Shown here: in pieces, positions 29,631 through 39,768 of the stretch
How positions within the stretch are numbered: the stretch's first letter is position 1
How the letters are laid out: each line of letters begins with the position of its first letter
Assembly (NCBI RefSeq): GCF_009914755.1
Contig: NC_060941.1
Origin: the human T2T-CHM13v2.0 reference genome, Homo sapiens
Length of the DNA: 64,000 bases
Reading direction: 5' to 3' (one strand)
Program-made: the position numbers and the translations under genes
Notes under the pieces: generated by a model
Database searches by the model: none
What the model was told of the DNA's origin: nothing
What the model saw: only the letters and a program-made list of their open reading frames with translations

Positions 29631-32300
29631 CTTAGGTGCGGCCACTGTTGAGCCTCCAAAGCCCATTGCATTAAAACGGAAAACTCCAAAACCTGTTTGG
29701 GTTGATCAGTGGCCGCTTCCTCAACAAAAACTGGAGGCATTACATTCATTGGCAAAAGAACAATTAGACAAAGGACATATTGAACCATCTTTTTCACCAT
29801 GGAACGCCCCAGTTTTTGTAATTCAGAAAAAATTCGCTAGATGGCGCATATTGACCGACTTATGAGCGGTTAACGCAGCCATTCAACCGATGGGAGCTCT
29901 CCAACCAGGGTTGCCATCTCCGGCCATGATCCCAAAAGAATGGCCGATGGTAATAATTGATCTAAAAGATTGTGTTTTTTACTATTCCTTTGGCTCCTCA
30001 GGATTTTGAGAAATTTGCATTTACAATACCTGCCATGAATAACAAGGAACCAGCTACTATATATCGATGGAAAGTTGTACCCCAAGGAATGTTAAATAGT
30101 CAAACTTTTGTTGGAAAGGTTATTCAGCTTGTCAGGGATCAGTTTCCTGATTGCTATATTATTCATTATGTTGATGACATTTTATGTGCTGCTGCAAGCA
30201 GGGACAGACGGATTGAGTGTTTTGCTAGGCTACAAGAAGTGGTGGGACTTACAGGTCTCGCTATAGCACCAGATAAAATCCATACTACACCCTATCATTA
30301 CCTGGGAATGAGGGTACAGGAGAAAACAGTAAAGCCTCAAAAGGAGGAAATTCGTAAAGAGTCCTTAAAAACCTTAAATGATTTCCAAAAATTATTAGGG
30401 GACGTTAATTGGATAAGACCTACTTTAGGAATTCCCACCTAAGCAATGTCTAAACTGTTTGCTTTGCTGAGATGGGATCCAAATTCATGTAGCAAAAGAA
30501 CTCTGATGCCTGCTGCAGCTGAAGAGTTACAAATGATTGAGGAAAAAATTCAAAGTGCTCAAGTCCGTAGAAGAGATCCTAGTGTTCCATTACAGCTCTT
30601 AGTGTTCCCTACTCTCCATTCTCCTATAGGAGTGATTGTTCAAAATGTTGACTTAGTTAAATTGTCCTTTTTAACGCACAGTACGACTAGAACTTTCTCA
30701 ATTTATTTAGATCAAATAGCTATTCTTATAGGCCAAATACAACTGAGAATAGTCAGACTCATTGGCACCGATCGAGATAAAAATGTAGTTCCTTTAAACA
30801 AAGCACAGGTTCGACAAGCCTTTATTAATTCGTCAGAATGGCAGTCAAATCTGGCTGATTTTGTTGGCAGTATAGATATTCATTACCCTAAAACTAAAAT
30901 GTTTCAGTTCCTAAAAATTGACTACCTAAATTTTACCCAAAATAACTAGTTCCATTCCTTTGGAGGGAGCCGTAACTATCTTTACTGATGGCTCTCAGAA
31001 TGGAAAAGCAGCTTATACAGGACCGGAAGAAAAGATTATTCAAACTCAGTTTCATTCTGCACAAAGAGCTGAGCTACAAGCAGTTATATCTGTATTGGAA
31101 GATTGTAATCAACCTGTTAATATAATCTCTGACTCTGCTTACGTATTCCAAGCTGCCAAAATGGTAAAAACAGCTTTAGTAAAACATATTTCTGATGATC
31201 AGTTAAATTTCTTGTTTAGTTCACTTCAACAAGCAGTTAGGACTCAAAATTTTCCCTTTTATATTACACATATTTAGGCTCACACAAACTTACCAGGACC
31301 TTTAACCCAATTAAATAATCAAGCAAATTTATTAGTGACACCTGTTCTAACAGTGTCCGGCCTCTGAGCCCAAGCTAAGCCATCATATCCCCTATGACCT
31401 GCACGTATACATCCAGATGCCCTGAAGCAACTGAAGAATCACAAAAGACGTGAAAATGGCTGGTTTCTGCCTTAACTGATGACATTACCTTGTGAAATTC
31501 CTTCTCCTGGCTCAGAAGCTCCCCTACTGAGCACCTTGCAACCCCCGCCCCTGCCCGCCAGAGAACAACCCCCTTTGACTGTAATTTTCCACTACCTACC
31601 CAAATCCTATAAAAGGGCCCCACCCCTATCTCCCTTCGCTGACTCTCTTTTCGGACTCAGCCCACCTGCACCCAGGTGAAATAAACAGCCTTGTTGCTCA
31701 CACAAAGCCTGTTTGGTGGTCTCTTCACACAGACGCGAACAGAAGCTCAAAACTTCCATTCCCTAATTCATGTAAATGCTGCTGGATTAAAAAATAAATA
31801 TTCATTTACCTGGAAACAAGCTAAAAATATAGTACAACATCCTCAGTGCCAAGTGCTACAGCTACCCACCCAAAAACCTGAAGGTAACCCTAGGGGGCTT
31901 CAACCAAATGCAGTGTGGCAAATGGACATGACTCATGTCCCATCATTCGGAAAACTTTCTTTCGTACATGTTACTGTTAATACTTTTTCTCGGTTTATCT
32001 GGGCTACACGCCAAACTGGAGAAAGCACAGCTCACGTAAAACGACATTTATTATCTTGTTTTGCAGTCATGGGTGTGCCACAGAAAGGAAAAATGGTCTG
32101 GTGGAAGGATACCAGAACCAAAACTTGGAAATTAAGAAAAAGTATTACTTGGGGGAGGGGTTTTCCTTGTGTTTCACCAAGAGACAATCAAACACTCATT
32201 TGGATACCCAATAGACATTTAAAATTCTACAATGAACCCTACACCGACCGGTCAGAAAAAAGGAAAGAATCAAAAGAGAAAGAAGACCGGTCCCTTCGAC
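29630..32300 (+). pseudogene. ERV pol (RT, RNase H, integrase), disrupted and LTR7-interrupted
   Basis: [35 protein letters not shown] (~30167), [28 protein letters not shown], integrase WQMDMTHV and WGRGFPCV. Confidence 0.92.
31354..31737 (+). mobile_element. HERV-H solo LTR (LTR7 family) inserted in ERV pol
   Basis: Starts tgtccggcctctgagcccaagctaagcc; TATAAAA ~31608; AATAAA ~31680; ends ctcttcacacagacgcg; flanking AACAG repeat at 31349-31353 and 31738-31742. Confidence 0.92.
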
Positions 32301-33350
32301 CTGTCTTTTCGGGAGCTGAGGAAAATGGTGAAGCTGAGCGTCTCGGAGAAAAAACAGAAGACGGAGAAGACTCGCTAGGCTACACCACTGACATGGGGAC
32401 AGATAAAGAAGCTGACTCAATTGGCAGAGGACACCCTAAAGGAGAAACAACTAGCGATTACACCGGGTAATATGATCTTGGCTGCCTTGATGGTAATCAC
32501 CACGGCGGTAAGTCTCTCTGCTGTTTCAGCTAAGCAAAATTTTACTACTGGGCTTATGTTCCATTTCCTCCTTTGATTAGACCTGTCACTTGGATGGACT
32601 CCCCTACTGAAGTTTATACAAATGGTAGTATCTGGATGCCTGGGCCGACTTATGATAGCTGTCCTGCATAGCCTGAGGAGGAGGGCATGTTAATGAATGG
32701 GATAATTGGGTATAAATACCCTCCAGTTTGTTTAGGAATTGCTCCTGGATGTTTGCCATTACAAATACAAAGTTGGATGGTCTACGTACCTCCTCATAAT
32801 CGTTCTCAACCTAGTTATCACGTAGTGAGTGGAATGTCTTTTCAACCCATCAGGACTGTAAAAACTTAAGGGGATAGTTATTATCAGTCAAATATAAAAG
32901 TCCAAAATTGCAAGCCTAAGGGATTGGCTTGCCCTAAAAGGAATCCAGAATGGTCAGAAAAATGAGAAATTCTTACTTGGGAGGTTTGTGTGGCAGATAA
33001 TGCGGTAGTTTTGCGAAATGGTTCTCATGGGGTCATTATAGACTGGGCTCCTAAGGAATCTTTTGCTAGAAATTGCACCGGACAAAACGCTGGGTGCGCT
33101 GGGGACTCCTTTATGATCGAATATAGAAATGATCCATATAATCCCCCCACTTTAGTTAGAAGATTTGAATCAATATACCCATTAAAGTGGGAAGATAAAG
33201 ATACTGCTCCCCCTCCACCAAAAATTAGTCCGGTCGTGGGTCTGGAACATCCAGAATTGTGGAAGTTGCTTATGGCGACCTCCGGAATGAGAGTGTGGAA
33301 AGGGGAAGCGTCCTGGGGAACAAAAGGTAATAAGCCACTCTTTACTATGC
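32232..33350 (+). pseudogene. ERV env 5' part (Rec-like leader + SU), truncated
   Basis: [18 protein letters not shown]...*...[11 protein letters not shown]...NMILAALMVITTAVS; [18 protein letters not shown]; VIIDWAPK; HPELWKL; homology ends abruptly at ~33350. Confidence 0.9.
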
Positions 33351-35359
33351 CTTCTCCCTCTGCCCACTCCCCCGCCCCCCGAAAGGAAGACCTCCAGGTG
33401 ACGCTCCCTGAGGACTCGGGCCAGGTGCTGCTGCTGCGTTTGCACAAGGCGTCCCCCGCCTCCCCTCCCCTCTGCCACCCCTCCCCCCGCCGCGCCTCCC
33501 CGCCTCCCCACCTCACCCCTACCCCCTCCGCCCCCCGCCCCCCGCCACGCTGCCTCGCCCCCTCTAGGTCCGGCCCAGACTCCGGGGTCTGCCGCTGGGT
33601 CCAGCTGAGGCTGCTGGGGACTCCCTCCGCTCCCCCTTACCAGTGGCTGGAGGGGGCAGGCAAAGGGCAGGGCCGGGGCTGCAGGAGGGGCATGGAGGGA
33701 GCGAGGGGGGCCAGGGTGGTCATGGGTCAGGGGAGGGGGGCTGGTGTGGACACAGTGGGGAGGGGGGAGGCAGAAAGGTGACATGAGGGGCACGGGAAGG
33801 AGGAGGTGGGATGGTTGGGAGGAACCATACTCAGGGAGGGGAGGATGGAAGATAAGTGGGGGAGGGGAGCACCGGCTCTGACAAGAGGATTAGGTGGGGA
33901 AGTTGAGTGGTGGATCAGTGAGTGGAAGAGGGAGAAGCTGGTGGAAAGAGAACAGGCCTGTGAAGCAGAGGGGTTGGGGGCAGAACATCGTGGCCCAGTA
34001 TTGGGGGTGGTGGGTGTAGCTATGTCTTCTCTTTCCTCTTCCCACCGACTTTACTCTTTGGTCCCCTCTGGCCTGGGCTGTTGAGTTGGGGCTCAGTGAA
34101 CGGATGGGGACGACCTCAGGTGCTGAAGCAGGTGCTGAAGCAGGGTCTGCCGTGGGGGGAAGGTGGAGTGGGCAGGGCTTCTCCATCCCTGGGGGAAGAG
34201 GCAAAGCAGACGCAGAGGCCAGGGGCTGGCCAACACCCTGGTTCAAAGATGCTCCCACCCCAGGTCTGGGGAGAGGAGGGGAGAGGCTGGGGGCTAAGAT
34301 CTCCCTTTCTGCACCTGGATCCCCTCCACAGCCTGGGCCATTCTGTCTTTGTTTCTGCAGGAACACTGCCCTGAAACTGCAGGACTGCTGGGCAGCCAGG
34401 GGTCTGGAAAAGGGATCAGTGTACCTTCATCTTCCCCACACCAAGGTGTCAGGTCCGCAGGGTGAGGGAGGAAGGGCGAGGTGGCTGCGGCAGGGCAAGA
34501 GGGTCCTTGGTGGCAACCTTGTGGGACTGAGAACCAGAAAGCCAAAATTAGAACATTCTGGAAATCACAGGACTTGTTCTGTGCTGCCACCAGTTCCTAC
34601 CTGTCCTTTGAAGAAGCTCACTTCTGCCCTGAGAATGTGCACGTCCTGCCATTGTGCTCGGCTCACTGCAACCTCTGCCTCCTGGGTTCAAGCGATTCTC
34701 CTGCCTCAGCCTCCTGAGTAGCTGGGACTACAGGCACCCACTACCACACCTGGCTAATTTTTGTATTTTTAGGAGAGACGGGGTTTCACCATGTTGGTCA
34801 GGCTGGTCTCGAACTCCTGACCTCCTGATCTGCCCACCTCAGCCTCCCAAAGTGTTGGGATTACAGGGGTGAGCCACCACGCCCAGCCCAGCAGTGGCTT
34901 CTGTGTGGGAAGAAGGTCAGGGCTGAAGGACCCTGGGAGGATGCCCCACCCAACATGTCCTCTCTCATCGTGGGGTAATTGCCCATGTTTGCCCAGCCAT
35001 TCTCACCTATCAGGGCTTCCAAAAGAATGGCCAAAGTAAGTTCTAACAACTTTGCTTCTTTGCCAAGGCAAGCACCAATGCTACTTTTCTGCCCTCTCTG
35101 GATGCCCGTGACTTCGGTCCCACAGGAAGCCAAGCTCCTGAGGCAGCTGAAATTCAGTCAGGGGACTGGGGTCTGTGTACTGATCTACACCCCACTTCAT
35201 ACCTACTTCTTCAAACTGTCCCCAACACTGGGAACACCTGTCCTTGAATATCCTCAGCAATTTAAGGGGAAAAAAAGGCTGAAGCAGAAAGACTTTTTCC
35301 TTCCAAAATTGTGCCTGCTTGCTTGGGGGCCTAGGCATGCAGACTTGAAAATAAATCAA

Positions 35360-35975
35360 GCTTGGGTGGGGCATGGTGGCTCCCGCCTGTAATCCCAGCA
35401 CTTTGGAAGGCCGAGGCAGGCCAGGCAGGGTGAGGAGGATCACAAGGTCAGGAGATCGAGACCATCCTGGCTAACATGGTGAAACCCTGTCTCTACTAAA
35501 AATACAAAAACAAAATTAGCCAGGGTGGTGGCGGGTGCCTGTAGTCCCAGCTACTCTGGAGGCTGAGGCAGGAGAATGGCATGAACCCAGGAGGCAAAGC
35601 TAGCAGTGAGCGGAGATCGCACCACTGCACTCCAGCCTGGGCGACAGAGAGAGACTATAGAAAGAAAGGAAGAAAGAAAGGAAGGAAGGAAGGAAACTAA
35701 GCTTAGGAGGCCGAGGCAGGTGGATCACCTGAGGTCAGGAGTTTGAGACCAGCCTGACCAACACAGCAAAACCCCGTCTCTACTAAAAATACAAAAATTA
35801 GCCAAGCATGGTGGCAGGCACCTGTAATCTCAGCTACTCAGGAGTCTGAGGCAGGAGAGTTGCTTGAACCTGGGAGGCAGAGGTTGTAGTGAGCCGAGAT
35901 TGCGCCACTTCACTCCAGCCTGGGCGAAAGAGCGAAACTCCGAATAAATAAATAAATAAATAAACAAACAAGCAA
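35360..35975 (+). mobile_element. Alu pair
   Basis: Alu consensus; GGAA and TAAA tails. Confidence 0.88.
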
Positions 35976-37996
35976 ACCAAGCTGGAAGATTCAGTAGTGC
36001 TCACTCTCCAATATCCTTGTTGCCGCTGGGTGCACGATGCATTTAAACTATACAGGTCAAACTCTTGGTTCAGAAACCCTAGCACCAGTGCCACGCCCCA
36101 AAGCAATGCAACCTCTTATTAAATGATCACTCTGGTTTAACAAATCATCTACACTGCCGTGTGACAAAGTAGCAGGAGAATGGGACCCGGGACTGGTGAG
36201 TTTTGGCAGGGAATCAAAAGGGCCTCTCTGAGCGGAAGCCCGGAAGGACGGGCCGTTCTGGTATCCAGCATTCTTTAGTATTCCAGTTTTCTCAAATTCA
36301 ACTTATCCTAGGTGAGGTCTTAGTGCACATCACAGAGCATGTTAGGCTTCCCTCAAAACGGGTGGGGCCAAGGGAGTTCAGATGACTCCTCAGGCAGAAA
36401 CCAAACCTGCGATCCTTTGTTGTCTAAGAAAACCACTTGGAAAAGTAAAGTCATCCAACCCGTTGTGGTAGAGAGGAGGGAAGCCCAGCCCAGCCATCAG
36501 CATCAGGAAGTGGCTATGCTGGGAAGTTGGAGATGGGTCTGACAGTGGTGGCCATGCTGCAGGCAGAGGACCAGGGTGACTCTCCCCACGCCTACCCTCT
36601 GCAGAGTATGCATTTCAGACTAGAAGGAGGATGAGGACACCTTTTTCGCCTCCTTCACCTCCTAGTTTCTGAATGACCTCAACTCCATCCTGATCCACTG
36701 CTGTCACTGACTCCCAAAGAATTTTCTGGTCACTGATGCCATGATGGTCCCTGCGCTGGACCCTGGGACCAGTCTGCAGGCTGAGCGGGCGCCAGTGGAG
36801 GGAGAGGCATTGTTCTGAGATGGTGAGGGCTGAGGGGCAGGGCTGAGTGAGGAATGTGCTCTCTCCTGCTACTTTGCCAGGAGCCATGCATTGACAGGCC
36901 CTCCCAGCACAGAAACTATAGTGATGCGTTGGTTGCCATGGTTTCCGAGGATGCTCTGCAGCTAATCTGAGTGCCCCCCAGAGCTGCTGCTCTCCCCTCC
37001 CTGGGCTACTGGGATGGGGTGTGCTGCGACCCCAGGAGGGTGCATTTCGTGCTGACCTCCAGCGGGGCGCGCTTCTCTCACTGTCTCTCACTGATGCTTG
37101 GGCCTGGCCACAGTAGAGTCACCTTCAATACTTGGGTGGGGGAAGAGGGGAGGGGCTTCTTTCTCTGGAACCACAAAGTGGCTCTGAGTTGGAACACCCC
37201 ACTGGCTCCAGAGAATGAAGTTCCTTTAAGTGAAATACTCCCAGGTTCATAATAACTCCCCCTTCCTCACCCAAGCCTGCTCAGCCCTCCTCCTCCTCCA
37301 CTCCTCCTCTAAAGGGGCTCTCTGTACCTGGTGGACCATGCCATCCTCTCAGGCCTCTACCCCAGCATCATTCATGGGAGGCCCTAGTTCATGACTGCAC
37401 CCCTGATCCTGCTGCACCAGCGTCCCAACGGCAACAGGCCCTTGCTATCCCTTGTCATTCTGGTCAGCCAGGCAGGGCCTCGGTGGGCTGGTGGGTGGGG
37501 TAGGGGAAGTCTATTACATCCTCGGGATGACTGAAAGGTTGCCTCCTCCCAATGCCACTGTGCCTGGTGACATCACCTCTCCAATCCTACTCAGCCCCTC
37601 TCAAGTTTGTCTTTCTGTTTTGTCCTCTTTGATTTCCATCTTGATAGAAAGTTTATGATACTCAAGAGAACAAATTGCCCCTTGACAGGGTGTCAGAATC
37701 GATTGTACTAAGTCACGCACCTTTGGCAGTTCAACCGTGTTCCTAATAGTTAAAACCATAACCCATTCGGGAGGTGTCCACACCGTCCCTTCCCATCCTT
37801 CCAGTCTGCCCCACACAACTGGGGCTCTGGATGACTGGACTGGTACAGGGAAGTCAGCCAACACGATGCCTTGGGTCACTTCACCTCTCAAGGAGATTAT
37901 TCTCATCAACCTTGTCTTACTAATGAGGAAACTGAATCACAGAGAGGTTAATAAACTTTCCCAAGTTCACACAGCTGGTCAAAAGTCGTGTGATTT

Positions 37997-38456
37997 TGTA
38001 GCAGGACGAGCCGCAGACAAAACCCCTCAGACATCAAGTTAAAGAAGGAAGGGCTTTATTCAGCCAGGACCATCGGCAAGACTCGCGTCTCAAAAACCGA
38101 GCTCCCAGAGTGAGCAATTCCTGTCCCTCTTAAGGGCTTACAACTCTAAGGGGGTCTGCTTGAGAGGGTCGTGATCAATTGAGCAAGCAGGGGGTATGTG
38201 ACTGGGGGCTGCATGCACTGGCAATTAGAACGGAACAGAACAGGACAGGGATTTTCACAGTGCTTTTCTATACAATGTCTGTAATCTACAGATAACATAA
38301 CCGATTAGATTAGGGGTTGATCTTTAACTACCAGGCCCGGGGTGTGGCGCAGGGCTGCCTGCCTGTGGATTTCATTTCTGCCTTAGTTTTTACTTCTTCT
38401 TTCTTTGGAGGCAGAAATTGGGCATAAGACAATATGAGGGGTGGTCTCCTCCCTTA
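37997..38456 (-). mobile_element. HERV-E solo LTR (LTR2 family)
   Basis: Reverse complement starts taagggaggagaccacccctcatattgtcttatgccc and ends gctcgtcctgctaca, matching LTR2 termini as recalled. Confidence 0.88.
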
Positions 38457-39472
38457 TTCTGGCCCCATGGACGTGGTGATGGGCTGCCCTTCCCCAGTTT
38501 CTGCCCAATGCCTGCCCTCTCCTGTGCCCCCACTCCAGCTCACTCAGACACCCAGCCTAGACAGCCCCATCTTCCTGCCCAGTGACCCCAGCTGAAGACT
38601 GGTTCCTGGCCAAGACCTGGGTGTGACCCTGAAAGTTCCTGTTGCACAAGACGGTCACTCATCTACTTCAAACCCACTTTGTGGTGGAGCTTTTGCTTTG
38701 TCCATGCTGTGGCAGCTGCCCATGAGCCACCCATTTTCAAGGCAGGGAGGAGCCCTCCTCTCAGTGCCCACAGCTGTGGGAGACCCGGGGCTGCCTGATC
38801 TGACCTCTGACTCCGGCTTCCCCTTTCTTCTGCACCTTCCACATCAACATCCAGCCCGCACTGGGCTCTTTGTACCAGGAAAGCTCATCCACCAGGTCAA
38901 GGCCCTGGAGGCCTGGGATCTTGGGGTGAGCACAGAGGGCCTGGGGAGGCCTGAGATTTGGTCCAGAGCCCCTCCTAGCAGCAGGAGTGGGCTCTCTGCT
39001 CATTACAGTCAACATTGTTGGGACAGATGGGCTGCCTGGAGCTGATCACCAAAGGGCTGGCAGCTGCCAGCTACCACTCCCTCTACCTGTCCCACCAGCT
39101 GGCTGACTTCAAGGTCCAGGACCTCGCCCGCTACTACACTCCAGATCTGGGCAGCCATAGAGAGGTGACACTCCCCTGGGGCCTGAGGGCTCCAACCCTC
39201 TCACCCTCGGCTAGACCCCTGTTGGTTTATTCAACCTTCCCCCAGCCTCCTTCCCAAACACACTGCTGTCTCCAAGCCCTTCCTGTTTACTCTTGATCCT
39301 TCCCAGCTGTGTTGGGAAGTTATTTAACCTCTCTGTGCCTGTTTCCTCATCTGACAATGGGGTAATAAGAGCACCTATGGTATAGCTTATTATTCTTATT
39401 CAATCCAAAACCCTAAGAACAAACCCCAGTGCACAGAAAGTGCTCTCGGAGATTAGCTATTAAGATTATTAT

Positions 39473-39768
39473 GCCGGGCGCGGCGGCTCACACCTGTAAT
39501 CCCAGCACTTTGGGAGGCTGAGGTGGGCGGATCACTTGAAGTCAGGAGTTCGAGACCAGCCTGGCCTACATGGCAAAACCCCATCTCTACTAAAAATACG
39601 AAAGTTAGCTGGGTGTAGTGGTGGGCGCCTGTAATCCCAGCTGCTGGGGAGGCTGAAGCAGGAGAATCACTTGAACCCAGGAGGCGGAGGTTGCAGTGAG
39701 CAAGATCGTGCCATTGCACTCCAGCCTGGGCAACAAGAGCAAAACTCGGTCTCAAAAAAAAAAAAAAA
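39473..39768 (+). mobile_element. Alu
   Basis: Alu consensus; aagattatt TSD. Confidence 0.9.

Noticed and set aside
33890-34721. 158-211 aa ORFs downstream of pseudogene exon 2
   Set aside because: G-rich intronic sequence ending in an Alu; only a decayed exon-5-like piece is embedded.
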